Positions 37,514-46,945 of a stretch of DNA of 64,000 nt are shown in pieces. The stretch covers positions 1,376,001-1,440,000 of the forward strand of contig OY970303.1 of the NCBI GenBank assembly GCA_963716255.1, given 5' to 3'. The notes under the pieces are model-generated. The model searched no databases and was not told where the DNA came from. It was given only the letters and a program-made list of their open reading frames with translations. The DNA comes from an uncultured Gemmatimonadales bacterium (lineage in GTDB: Bacteria; Gemmatimonadota; Gemmatimonadetes; Longimicrobiales; Longimicrobiaceae). A program made the position numbers and the translations under genes. The stretch's first letter is position 1, and each line of letters starts with the position of its first letter.

Positions 37514-37569
37514 CCTCCGGGGCGCCGGCGGGCGTGAACGGGACGCGGGCTCGCCGGCAAGCTACACCC

Positions 37570-38451
37570 TCACCCCTCGCGGAGAAAGCCGGCGACCAGG
37601 CCGGCGACACGCTCCGGCTCGTCGGCGGCGACCCAGTGGCTCGCCCCCGGGATGCGCTCCACGCGGATCGCGGGGACCCATTTCTCCAGCCCCTCGGTCA
37701 GGCGGACCACCAGGTGGGGGTCCTTTTCGCCCCACACCAGCAGCGTGGGCGCGGCGATGGGCCGCACCGCCGGCTTTTGGCGCCGGGCGAAGGCGCGGTA
37801 GTAGTTGAGCGCGGCGGTGAGCGCCCCCGGCCGCGCCAGCGCTTCCTTGTAGCGCTCCACGTCCTCGCCGGTGAACGCGCCGGGGCGCGCCGGCTCGGTG
37901 CGGAAGACCCGCTCCAGCAGGGCGAAGCCGCCCGCGCGCAGCGCCGCCTCGGGGAGGGCGGGGAGCTGGAAGAAGGCGGCGTACGCCGAGCGCAGCATCT
38001 GGTCCGGCCTCCTGATCTCCCGCGCGAAGGCGGCCGGGTGCGGCGCGTTGAGCACCACCAGCCGGTCCAGCCGCTCCGGCCGCAGCATGGCGAAGTACCA
38101 CGCCACCACCCCGCCCCAGTCGTGCCCCACCACGTGCGCCCGCTCCGCCCCCAGGTGCCGCACCAGCCCCGCCACGTCCTCCACCAGCAGCTCCACCCGG
38201 TACCGGTCCACCCCCTGCGGCTTGTCCGACAGGTTGTAGCCGCGCATGTCCGCCGCGACCACCCGGAACCCCGCCGCCGCGAGCGCCGGGATCTGGCGCC
38301 GCCACCCGTACCAGAACTCGGGGAACCCGTGCAGCAGCACGACCAGCGGCCCCTCGCCCGCCTCCACGTAGTGCAGCCGCACCCCGCCGACGTCGGCGTC
38401 GTGGTGGGTCCAGGGCTCGGCGCGAGGAACGGCGGAGGAGGTGTCGGACAT
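37570..38451 (-). CDS. Alpha/beta hydrolase (epoxide hydrolase-like)
   Basis: LLHGFPEFWYGW, GHDWGG nucleophile elbow, WGEKD, ASHW. Confidence 0.93.
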   Translation of the reverse strand: MSDTSSAVPRAEPWTHHDADVGGVRLHYVEAGEGPLVVLLHGFPEFWYGWRRQIPALAAAGFRVVAADMRGYNLSDKPQGVDRYRVELLVEDVAGLVRHLGAERAHVVGHDWGGVVAWYFAMLRPERLDRLVVLNAPHPAAFAREIRRPDQMLRSAYAAFFQLPALPEAALRAGGFALLERVFRTEPARPGAFTGEDVERYKEALARPGALTAALNYYRAFARRQKPAVRPIAAPTLLVWGEKDPHLVVRLTEGLEKWVPAIRVERIPGASHWVAADEPERVAGLVAGFLREG

Positions 38452-38524
38452 GGCCGGGGAGTGCGTGAGTGCGAGACGACACACAGGGTCTTGGTTCGGC
38501 ACGACGATGCCGACGCCGTGAGCC

Positions 38525-38689
38525 GTTGCCGTTCCGCGGTACCCCTCAAATCTTCTGCGGAGGGAAACTCACGCGGCCGTTTGCGTGAGGTTCCCGCAGC
38601 CGGAGCGGAGACAGCGGGGCAGTTTCCGCTGGCTCCGCGACCCGCGTAGGAAACAGGCCGGCCGTTTGGCCTGGTTCCGGAGCGGCCCC
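38525..38689 (+). repeat. Dispersed repeat family B, copy 3
   Basis: gcggagggaaactc..gagacagcggggcagtttccgctggctcc..gaaacaggccggccgtttggcctggttccggagcggcccc. Confidence 0.9.
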
Positions 38690-38713
38690 GCCAACACACG
38701 CCGAACCAACGCC

Positions 38714-40006
38714 TCACTCCCCTGCCCTGACCTCCCCCGGGTCCGCAGACACCACGTCCTCGGGAGCACCCACCACGGCGTGCCTGAACGACTCCTCGCG
38801 CAATTCCGCCATGCGCGCCGTCGCCCGCACGTCGTAGGAGCGGTTGGTCAGCAGCACCGTCCAGGCGCGGCTCTCGGGCTCGATCCACAGCGACGTCCCG
38901 GTCCAGCCGTTGTGCCCCACGGCGAGCGGCCGGGCGCAGGGTTTCTCCTCGGAGTGCGGCTCGCGTGGGCAGAGGGCGACGAAGCCCAGCGTGCGGCGCC
39001 CGGCCCCGGGCTGCTGGCGAAGCATCTCGCGCACGGTCTCGGGGGCGAGGACGCGGACCCCGTCCAGCTCGCCGCCGCCGGCCAGCATGGCGGCGAAGCG
39101 CCCCAGGTCGTGCGCGGTGGAGAACAGCCCGGCGTTGCCGGTGACGCCGCCCAGGCGCCGGGCCAGCAGGTCGTTGGGACGGCCCCGGAAGGGCTCGCCG
39201 GTGCTCAGGCGCAGCGTGGGCGCGCAGGCAGTGCAGTCCTGGCCGGGGAGAAAGCCGGTGCGGGTCATTCCCAGCGGGCGCCAGACGCGGCGCTCCAGGA
39301 AGCGCGGCAGCGGCTCGCCGGCGGCCCGCTGCGCCGCCTCCCACAGGACGACGTAGCCCAGGTCGGTGTACTCCACCTGGCTTCCCGGCGCTTCGTCGAT
39401 GCGGGTGCGCAGGATGCGCCGCACGCGCTCGCGCGGGGCGTCGCCGCGGATGGCGGCGCCGGCGGGGAGGCCGGAGGTGTGGGTGAGCAGCTGCCGCCAG
39501 GTGACGCGGTCCTTGAACTGCCCCTCGAACTGGGGGAGGTGCCGGCGCACCGGGTCGTCCAGGCGGATGACGCCGTCCTGCGCCAGGAGCAGCACCGCCG
39601 TGGCCGTGGCGACCGGCTTGGTGACGGAGGCCAGGTCGTACCGCGTGCTGTCGGGGGACACCGGCGCGGCGGACTCCCGCCACCCCACCCTGCCCATCCC
39701 GGCCAGCCGCTCGGTCCGCGCCCCGATCCCCACCGCCAGCGCGGCCCCGGGAAAGGCGCGCCGCTCCAGCTCGGCGCGCACCCTGGCCTCGGCGGAGTCC
39801 AGCGCCGCGGGGGGGAGCCGCGGGGCGGGCGCCGCCGGCCCAGCGGCCGCGCGCGGCGCGGCGGGGACCCCGGGGCGGCCCGCGCCGCGCCCGGCCAGCA
39901 CCCCGAACGCGGCGGCGAACAGGAACGCGCCCAGCGTGGCGGCTGCGCCGGTCCGGAGCGCCGTGCTTCGCCCGGTGGGGGATGGGAGGCCAAGTCCTTT
40001 CTGCAT
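38714..40006 (-). CDS. Serine hydrolase (beta-lactamase-related family)
   Basis: YDLASVTK (SxxK), LLTHTSGL, YTDLG, AGLFST, GHNGWTGTS; start uncertain. Confidence 0.88.
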   Translation of the reverse strand: MQKGLGLPSPTGRSTALRTGAAATLGAFLFAAAFGVLAGRGAGRPGVPAAPRAAAGPAAPAPRLPPAALDSAEARVRAELERRAFPGAALAVGIGARTERLAGMGRVGWRESAAPVSPDSTRYDLASVTKPVATATAVLLLAQDGVIRLDDPVRRHLPQFEGQFKDRVTWRQLLTHTSGLPAGAAIRGDAPRERVRRILRTRIDEAPGSQVEYTDLGYVVLWEAAQRAAGEPLPRFLERRVWRPLGMTRTGFLPGQDCTACAPTLRLSTGEPFRGRPNDLLARRLGGVTGNAGLFSTAHDLGRFAAMLAGGGELDGVRVLAPETVREMLRQQPGAGRRTLGFVALCPREPHSEEKPCARPLAVGHNGWTGTSLWIEPESRAWTVLLTNRSYDVRATARMAELREESFRHAVVGAPEDVVSADPGEVRAGE

Positions 40007-40150
40007 AACGCACTGTACAGGCAACCCGCGGGCCAGCGGCGCGGGGGCGTGCGCGGCCTCTTGCGGTCCCGCGCGCCTCCGCCGATCTTTGGCGCCGCCC
40101 CGACGCCACATCGCCCGTCTTCCGCCCGTCCCGACGGCCTCCCACGGCCT

Positions 40151-40600
40151 GTGACCCACGCCCCTCCTGTGAGACGCCTCCGCCTGATCGTCCTGCTGGC
40201 CGCCCTGGCCGGCGTCGCCGCCTTCGTCGCGCCGCTGGACGGCGGCCGCCCGCTGCTGGACTTCCGCGCGGTCCGCGCGAAGCTGCACGGCGCCTCGGCC
40301 CGCGTCCCGGCGGGGACCGGCGAGACGGAGGGAGGCGCCTACAAGTGGCGGGACGAGGACGGCACCTGGCACTTCAGCAACGTCCGCCCCGAGGGCCGCC
40401 GCGGCGTGCGGAAGGTGAAGGACGCGGTCACCTGGGCCACCGGATCGGGCGCCGGGAGCGCCCCGGCCGCGGCCGGCGACGCCGACCCGGAGCGCCCCCG
40501 CGACGCCGCGGAGCTCCTTGCCGAGAGCAGGAGCCTGGAGGGAACGGCCCGCAAGCGGGAGACGGAGATGGAGAAGCTGATGCGCGAAGCGCAGGAGTAG
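40151..40600 (+). CDS. DUF4124 domain protein
   Basis: N-terminal TM/signal; YKWRDEDGTWHFSNVRP; start 40151 or 40169. Confidence 0.75.
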   Translation: MTHAPPVRRLRLIVLLAALAGVAAFVAPLDGGRPLLDFRAVRAKLHGASARVPAGTGETEGGAYKWRDEDGTWHFSNVRPEGRRGVRKVKDAVTWATGSGAGSAPAAAGDADPERPRDAAELLAESRSLEGTARKRETEMEKLMREAQE

Positions 40601-40729
40601 GTTCCCGCTCCCGCCCCTCCCGCGTCCGAGCCCGCAAAGCCGACGGCGCCGCCCTCGTCCCGAGGCCGGCGCCGTTTCGTACTCTGACCTGCCGTGACGC
40701 TGCACGCTGCGCGTGCACCGGATGAGCCC

Positions 40730-41242
40730 TCACGCACTCCCGGTCCCCACGGCGAACGCGTGCGCGTGCCACGACTCGCGCACGGGCACCTCCCACTTTC
40801 CCGACCGCAGCTCGCCCACCGTGGTGATGGTGTTGTTGAACACCACGGTGTCCTCGCCCACCTCGCCGGACTGCACCAGCGCGCGGAACTCGGGGCGGGT
40901 GGCGGAGCGGATCCGGCCGGCCGCGTCGCGGAACCAGACGCCGGAGCGGTCCAGCAGCCCGGTGCCGAGCCGCCCCTCCAGCTCCTTGAAGACGCGGAAG
41001 AGGGTGTCGATGGAGCAGCCGGAGACGCCGGTGGCGCGCTCGTCGGCACCCACGAGCAGGAAGCGGTCGTGGCGCCAGTCGCGCGCGCCCACGACGGGGT
41101 GGCCGTGCGCCAGCCAACCGTCGACGAACTCGTCCACGCGGGCCAGCAGCGCGGCCGACTCGTCGGCGGCGAGCGGACGGGACGCGGCGAAGATCCACAG
41201 GCGGGCATCGGCCGGGAGCCGGGCAAAGTCTACGGCGGTCAT
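40730..41242 (-). CDS. Conserved hypothetical protein
   Basis: DFARLPADARLWIF..WLAHG..SGCSID..LLDR..VFNNTI; conserved-looking family, no NTPase motifs. Confidence 0.75.
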   Translation of the reverse strand: MTAVDFARLPADARLWIFAASRPLAADESAALLARVDEFVDGWLAHGHPVVGARDWRHDRFLLVGADERATGVSGCSIDTLFRVFKELEGRLGTGLLDRSGVWFRDAAGRIRSATRPEFRALVQSGEVGEDTVVFNNTITTVGELRSGKWEVPVRESWHAHAFAVGTGSA

Positions 41243-41374
41243 CGCGTTTCCTCGTGTTCGGGTGGCACTCCCCCGAATCTACACCCGGTGCCCGCCCGGT
41301 TCCAGCGGCCGGGCACCGGCCCCCCCTCCCCACAAGGGGGGAGGAGGAGAACAACGATGCCGAGGTACAGGAAG

Positions 41375-41587
41375 CCCTCTCCCGGAACGGGGGAGGGTGG
41401 CGGCTCTCAGGCCGCCGGGTGGGGGGTCCCCGCGGACGCCAGCGCGATCCCCGCGTGAGGGATTTCGGCCCGAAGGGGCGAGACCGCGCGGCTGTTCGCG
41501 CGGGCTCGACTCCGTTAGCCCGCGTTGTTTGCGGGCTTACGGAGCCGAAGCCCGACCCCGGCGCCCCGCCGGGGGCACGCCCGAACC
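41375..41587 (-). repeat. Composite: module C + linker + family A copy 6
   Basis: Same arrangement as 25727-25944. Confidence 0.9.
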
Positions 41588-41604
41588 TGCCGTAAACAAG
41601 CAGT

Positions 41605-41946
41605 TCAGGTGAACCACCCACCCTCCGGACCCGTCAGCGAAGACCCCTCGGCCGGCTGCCAGGTGGCGACCTCCTCGATGCGCTGGGCAAGCTCGAAGTC
41701 CTTGTCCGTGACGCCGCCGGCGTCGTGGGTGGTGAGCTTCACCGTGAGGCGCGGGTAGCTGAGGAGCAGGTCCGGGTGGTGCCAGGCCGCCTCGCCCAGG
41801 TAGCCGATGGCGTTGGCCAGGAGGAGCGTGCGGTGCCAGGCGCCGGTCTCGAACGCGCGGACCAGGTGCCCGTCCTCGTAGCGCCAGCTGGGGAGCTGCG
41901 CGGCAAGCCGGTCGCGGATCTCGTGCTCGTCGTGGATGCTGGACAT
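41605..41946 (-). CDS. phhB: Pterin-4a-carbinolamine dehydratase
   Basis: [26 protein letters not shown]. Confidence 0.92.
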   Translation of the reverse strand: MSSIHDEHEIRDRLAAQLPSWRYEDGHLVRAFETGAWHRTLLLANAIGYLGEAAWHHPDLLLSYPRLTVKLTTHDAGGVTDKDFELAQRIEEVATWQPAEGSSLTGPEGGWFT

Positions 41947-41987
41947 TGCGGTCTCGAAAGGTTCGGGTGACGGCCCGGAACGAAAGG

Positions 41988-42569
41988 TCAGGGACGCAGC
42001 GGGAAGCGCTCCACGATCTCGTAGCGCGCCCCGCCGGCGTCCAGGTGGCTGCGGAAGAGCACCACGTCGTCCACGCGGATGCGCTCGCGAAAAGGGGGGA
42101 CGCGCTCCAGAAGGGGGCGCACGTCCCCGGCGGGGCGGATGCGGCTGAGCGTGAGGTGGGCGGAGAAGGGGCGCTCCTCCGCGGGGAAGCCGGCCCGCCG
42201 CGCGGCGTCCTCCGCCGCGGCGGCGAGGCCGCCGAGCCGCTCCGCACCTTCCTCCACGCCAAGCCAGAGCACGGCCGCGCGCGCCGGCCGCGGAAAGGCG
42301 CCGAGCCCGCCGAAGGCCACGGTGAAGCCGGCGCCGAGGTCGGCCCCGCGCAGGGCACCGACCAGGGCCGCGCGCCGCCCGGCCGGGGTACCGTCCAGGA
42401 AACGCAGCGTCAGGTGCCAGCTCGCGGGCGCCACCGCGCGGCCGGGGAGCGCCCGCCCCGCGAGCGCGCCGTGCAGGTGGGCGGCGAGCCGCCCGCGCGC
42501 GTCCTCCGGGATCTCCACCCCCAGGAAGAGGCGCTCCTCCCCGCCCCGCCGGTCGCCGCTGGGTTCCAT
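41988..42569 (-). CDS. thpR: RNA 2',3'-cyclic phosphodiesterase (2H family)
   Basis: RLFLG; two HxT motifs WHLTLRFL and AHLTLSR; GAFP; LFRSHL. Confidence 0.92.
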   Translation of the reverse strand: MEPSGDRRGGEERLFLGVEIPEDARGRLAAHLHGALAGRALPGRAVAPASWHLTLRFLDGTPAGRRAALVGALRGADLGAGFTVAFGGLGAFPRPARAAVLWLGVEEGAERLGGLAAAAEDAARRAGFPAEERPFSAHLTLSRIRPAGDVRPLLERVPPFRERIRVDDVVLFRSHLDAGGARYEIVERFPLRP

Positions 42570-42707
42570 GTCCCTCGCCTGCTCGCACGTCCCGGACCGC
42601 GGATGAATCCGGAAGGCGGGAACCTTGCGGACATGTATCCAGGTATACTCTGCGCCGCGGAGAGCCCGTCTCCGCCGCCCGACCGGAACGCCCCGCCGCG
42701 AAGCGCC

Positions 42708-43646
42708 ATGCTGATTCGCAAGCCCGACGACGTCCGCTCCTCGGAGATCACCCCGGAGCCGCTGTACCAGTCCCGCCGGGAGTGGCTGGGCACCGTGTCC
42801 GCGGCGCTGCTGGCGGGGGGGGTGACCCCCACCGCCCTTGCCGCCTGCGAGACGCGCCGCGGCGAGGCCGACTCGGACGCGCCGCAGGGCGACGAGCCCA
42901 CGCCGCTCAAGGACATCACCAGCTACAACAACTTCTACGAGTACGGCACCGACAAGGAGGACCCGGCGCGCCTGGCGCCCGGCCTGCTGAAGACCCGCCC
43001 CTGGACGGTGACCGTGGACGGGCTGGTGCGCAGGCCGGGGCGCTACGCCTTCGACGACCTGGTGAAGGCCAACCGTGTGGTGGACCGCACCTACCGCCTG
43101 CGCTGCGTGGAGGCGTGGTCCATGGTGGTGCCGTGGCAGGGGATGCTGCTGCGCGACGTGCTGAGCCGCGTGCAGCCCACCCCCGCCGCCAGGTACGTGG
43201 AGTTCACCACCCTGCTGAGCCCCGAGCAGATGCCGGGGCAGCGGCGCCCGGTGCTGGACTGGCCGTACGTGGAGGGGCTGCGCCTGGACGAGGCCATGCA
43301 CCCCCTGACGCTGCTGGCGACCGGGCTGTACGGCCGTCCCCTGCCGGCGCAGAACGGGGCGCCGCTGCGGCTGGTGGTGCCGTGGAAGTACGGCTTCAAG
43401 TCCATCAAGTCCATCGTCCGCATCCGCCTGACCGACCGGGAGCCCCGCACGGCCTGGAACGTGTCGGCGCCGGACGAGTACGGCTTCTACGCCAACGTCA
43501 ACCCCGAGGTGGACCACCCGCGCTGGAGCCAGGCCCGCGAGCGCCGCATCGGCGAGTGGCGCAAGCGGCCGACGCTGCCGTTCAACGGCTACGCGGAGCA
43601 GGTGGCATCGCTGTACCGGGGGATGGACCTGCGGAGGAGCTTCTGA
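42708..43646 (+). CDS. msrP: Protein-methionine-sulfoxide reductase catalytic subunit
   Basis: SEITPE, Tat [52 protein letters not shown]. Confidence 0.97.
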   Translation: MLIRKPDDVRSSEITPEPLYQSRREWLGTVSAALLAGGVTPTALAACETRRGEADSDAPQGDEPTPLKDITSYNNFYEYGTDKEDPARLAPGLLKTRPWTVTVDGLVRRPGRYAFDDLVKANRVVDRTYRLRCVEAWSMVVPWQGMLLRDVLSRVQPTPAARYVEFTTLLSPEQMPGQRRPVLDWPYVEGLRLDEAMHPLTLLATGLYGRPLPAQNGAPLRLVVPWKYGFKSIKSIVRIRLTDREPRTAWNVSAPDEYGFYANVNPEVDHPRWSQARERRIGEWRKRPTLPFNGYAEQVASLYRGMDLRRSF

Positions 43647-43704
43647 AGATGGGCGCGCGGTACGGAACACGGAGCAGCGAGCACGCGACGCCGGGGAACG
43701 CAGC

Positions 43705-44397
43705 GTGAGCACCGTCGAGGAACCGCCGGTCAGGACGCCGAGGGCACGGCCTCCCAGGCGCGTCGACCGGGCGATGCTGGCGATGAAGAGCGTCGTCTGG
43801 GCGGCGGCGCTCTCGCCGTTCGCGCTGCTGCTGTGGGACGCTTTCAGCGACGGGCTGGGGGCGGAGCCCATCGAGGAGGTCACGCACCGCACCGGGAAGA
43901 CGGCGCTGGTGCTCCTGCTCTGCTCGCTGGCCGTGACGCCGCTGCGCAGGATCACGGGATGGAACGGCGCGGTCCGCTTCCGGCGGCTGCTGGGGCTGTT
44001 CGCCTTCTTCTACGCGTGCCTGCACTTCGCCACCTACCTGTTCGACCAGGAGCTGCGCCCGGCGTACGTGGTGGAGGACGTGGTGGAGCACCCGTACGTG
44101 ACCGCCGGCTTCACGGCGTTCCTGCTGCTGGTGCCGCTGGCGCTCACCTCCACGCAGGGGATGATCCGCCGCCTGGGAAAGCGCTGGCTGAAGCTGCACC
44201 GGCTGGTGTACGCGGCCGCGGCGCTCGCCGTGCTGCACTTCGTGTGGCTGGTCAAGAAGGACCTGACCGAGCCCATGATCTACGCGGCGGTGCTGTCGCT
44301 CCTCCTCGCCTTCCGCCTGCCGATGGTGTCGGGGGCGAAGAAGCCCCCGCCCCGGCTGCGCCCGCGCCCGGCGCCGCCCCCGGGACCCGCCGGCTGA
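43705..44397 (+). CDS. msrQ: Protein-methionine-sulfoxide reductase heme-binding subunit
   Basis: TG..LAVTPL, RRLLGLFAFFYACLH, LALTS, WLKLHRLVY. Confidence 0.95.
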   Translation: MSTVEEPPVRTPRARPPRRVDRAMLAMKSVVWAAALSPFALLLWDAFSDGLGAEPIEEVTHRTGKTALVLLLCSLAVTPLRRITGWNGAVRFRRLLGLFAFFYACLHFATYLFDQELRPAYVVEDVVEHPYVTAGFTAFLLLVPLALTSTQGMIRRLGKRWLKLHRLVYAAAALAVLHFVWLVKKDLTEPMIYAAVLSLLLAFRLPMVSGAKKPPPRLRPRPAPPPGPAG

Positions 44398-44470
44398 AAC
44401 CCGGTGCGCGGCCCTCCCGTACGGGAGGGCCGCCGTCGTTTCTCCCCCCACCTCGCGCCCGAGAGCACGC

Positions 44471-44797
44471 ATGGAGCCCGAAGCAATCGCACCCATGGTC
44501 GTGATGGTCACCGGCATCGTCAGCACCGCCGGCGTCCTCATCCTCCGCCCCATCTCCAAGCGGCTGGGCGACCTGCTGGAGGTGATGACGCGCGAGCGCC
44601 GCGCTCCCGACCCCGGCGCCGAGATCGGGCAGCTCCGCGACCTGATGCAGCGCATCGACGCACGCCTCTCGCTCATGGAGGAGCGGCAGGACTTCGCCGA
44701 GGCGATCCTCACCTCCGGAGAGCGCCCGCGGGCGGCGCTCCGGGACGGATCGGCCGCCGCCGCCGAAGCCCGGCGCACCGCGGCCGGCCAGGCCTGA
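44471..44797 (+). CDS. Small TM + coiled-coil hypothetical protein (paralog 1)
   Basis: TM, ILRPISKRLG, DARLSLMEERQDFAEA. Confidence 0.8.
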   Translation: MEPEAIAPMVVMVTGIVSTAGVLILRPISKRLGDLLEVMTRERRAPDPGAEIGQLRDLMQRIDARLSLMEERQDFAEAILTSGERPRAALRDGSAAAAEARRTAAGQA

Positions 44798-44867
44798 AAC
44801 CCTGCTCCGCCGGCCCGCGTAGAGGGCCGGGTCCGCACGCCTCGCCCACAACCCAGGGAATCGACCG

Positions 44868-45176
44868 ATGGGAGAAGTCTTCTTCGTGATGATGGTGCCG
44901 ATCACGGCCATCCTCACCACCGGAACCGTGATGCTCCTCCGCCCCATCTCCAAGGAGCTGGGCGGGCTCCTCCAGGCCATGACGCAGGAGCGGAAGCTGC
45001 GCGCCGCGCCGGCCCCCGCCGCCCCCGACATGACGCAGGTCCGCGACCTCCTTTCCACCCTCGACAGCCGCCTCTCGCTCATGGAGGAGCGCCAGGACTT
45101 CGCCGAGGCGCTGCTTTCCGGCGGCGAGCGCCGGGTGATCGCCGCGGCGCCCGCGCGCGCCGCCGGGCAGAACTGA
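44868..45176 (+). CDS. Small TM + coiled-coil hypothetical protein (paralog 2)
   Basis: TM, LLRPISKELG, DSRLSLMEERQDFAEA. Confidence 0.8.
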   Translation: MGEVFFVMMVPITAILTTGTVMLLRPISKELGGLLQAMTQERKLRAAPAPAAPDMTQVRDLLSTLDSRLSLMEERQDFAEALLSGGERRVIAAAPARAAGQN

Positions 45177-45505
45177 CGCTCCCGTCCCCCGGACAGCCGC
45201 GGAGACCGTGATGTACGTGCACTTCCTGCTGGGGCTCGGCGGCTGGGTCGGCGCCCCTGACGACGAGGACGCGGCCTCCGGGGAGGCCGCGGTCCCGCCC
45301 GCCGACGTCCCACGGGCCGCGCGGGAGCCGCGCTCGTGGTGCCGGTCCGGCCCACCCGCGCACCGCTGCCGCCGGAGGGCACCCGAGCCGCGGACCTGAC
45401 CCGCACTCCCGCACTTCCGTTCCTCTCCCGGCCCGCCCGGGTGCCCCCCACGGGCACCCGGGCTTATCTTTCCCCCTCGCCCGTCCACCCGGCCCGAAGC
45501 ACCTC

Positions 45506-46945
45506 ATGTCCACGACGCTTCCGCACACCCCGTCCCGCGCCCCCGGGCCCGCTCCCCGCTCGCGGAAGAGAGGGCGCAGGGCGCTGTTCGCGCGGGAGCT
45601 GCGCCAGCTGCTGCGGGTGGCTGCGCCGCTGGTGGTCAGCCAGCTGGGCCAGGTGGGGATGACCGCCGCGGACACCATCATGGTGGGGCCGCTGGGCGCG
45701 CGGGCGCTGGCGGCGGCGGGGCTGGGGAGCGCCCTCCACATCGCCACGCTGATGCTCTTCACCGGCACCATCCTGGGGATGACGCCCCTGGTGAGCCATG
45801 CGTTCGGCGCGGGCGACCGCAGGCGGTGCAGCGAGGTGCTGGTGCAGGGGGTGTGGCTGTCGCTGGCGCTCAGCATCCCCCTGGCATGGCTCACCTTCCT
45901 GGGTGGCGACATCGCGCGCTTCTTCGGGCAGGAGCCGGGGGTGGCGCGGCTGGCGGGGGAGTACATGGACGCGCTCGCGTGGGGGGTCCTCCCCGCGCTG
46001 CTCTTCCTGGCCTTCCGCCAGTTCCTGGAGGGAATGGGGATCACCACGCCGGCCATGGTGCTGACCTTCGTGGGGCTGGGGGTGAACATCGCCGGCAACG
46101 CCGCCCTCATCCACGGCGTGGACGGGTGGGTGCCCGCGATGGGCGTGGTGGGGACCGGCTGGTCCACCACCCTGACCCGCTGGGCGATGGCGCTGGCGAT
46201 GGCGGGGTACCTGCTGCTGCACCCGCGGCTGCACCCCTTCCGCGGGGTGGGCTGGCGGCCGCACGCGGCGATCCTGGGGCGCATCGCCGCCATCGGGGCC
46301 CCCATCGGGGCCCAGCTGGGGGTGGAGGTGGGGCTGATCTCCTTCACCGCCATCATGGTGGGGTGGTTCGGGCCCACCGAGCTGGCGGCCCACCAGGTCA
46401 CCATCAACCTGGCGAGCGTCACCTTCATGGTGGCGCTGGGGGTGAGCCTGGCGGGCTCCATCCGGGTGGGGCAGCACCTGGGGGCGGGGAGAGCGCGCGG
46501 GGTGCGGCGCGCCACCCTGGCCACCTACCTGTGCACGGTGGGGTTCATGTCGCTGTGCGCGCTCGCCTTCTTCCTCTTCCCGCGCGAGCTGGTGGGGCTG
46601 TACACCTCCGACCCGGGGATCGTGCGGGTCGCCTCGTCGCTGCTGGTGGTGGCGGCCTTCTTCCAGGTGTTCGACGGGGCGCAGGTGGCGGGGCTCTGCG
46701 CGCTGCGCGGCGCGGCGGACACCCGCGTCCCCATGCTGATGGCGGTGGTGGGATACTGGGTGGTGGGCGTACCGGTGGGATGGCTGCTGGGGTTCCGCAC
46801 GGCGCTGGGGCCCGCGGGGGTGTGGGCGGGGCTCAGCATAGCGCTGGGCACGGTGGCGCTCCTGCTGGCGTGGCGGGCGCGGCGGGTGCTGTGGGACCGG
46901 GACCTGCTCAGGAGAGCAGGTCCCGCAGCTCCTTCACGTGCGTGA
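45506..46945 (+). CDS. MATE family efflux transporter (NorM-like)
   Basis: About 12 TM; ADTIMVGPLG, LAAHQV, AAFFQVFDGAQV, LRGAADTRVPM. Confidence 0.93.
   Translation: MSTTLPHTPSRAPGPAPRSRKRGRRALFARELRQLLRVAAPLVVSQLGQVGMTAADTIMVGPLGARALAAAGLGSALHIATLMLFTGTILGMTPLVSHAFGAGDRRRCSEVLVQGVWLSLALSIPLAWLTFLGGDIARFFGQEPGVARLAGEYMDALAWGVLPALLFLAFRQFLEGMGITTPAMVLTFVGLGVNIAGNAALIHGVDGWVPAMGVVGTGWSTTLTRWAMALAMAGYLLLHPRLHPFRGVGWRPHAAILGRIAAIGAPIGAQLGVEVGLISFTAIMVGWFGPTELAAHQVTINLASVTFMVALGVSLAGSIRVGQHLGAGRARGVRRATLATYLCTVGFMSLCALAFFLFPRELVGLYTSDPGIVRVASSLLVVAAFFQVFDGAQVAGLCALRGAADTRVPMLMAVVGYWVVGVPVGWLLGFRTALGPAGVWAGLSIALGTVALLLAWRARRVLWDRDLLRRAGPAAPSRA

Noticed and set aside
46908..46945. Convergent gene overlaps (MATE/HD-GYP; also 36905-36921)
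   Set aside because: Short 3' overlaps are common in GC-rich genomes; nothing indicates a regulatory function
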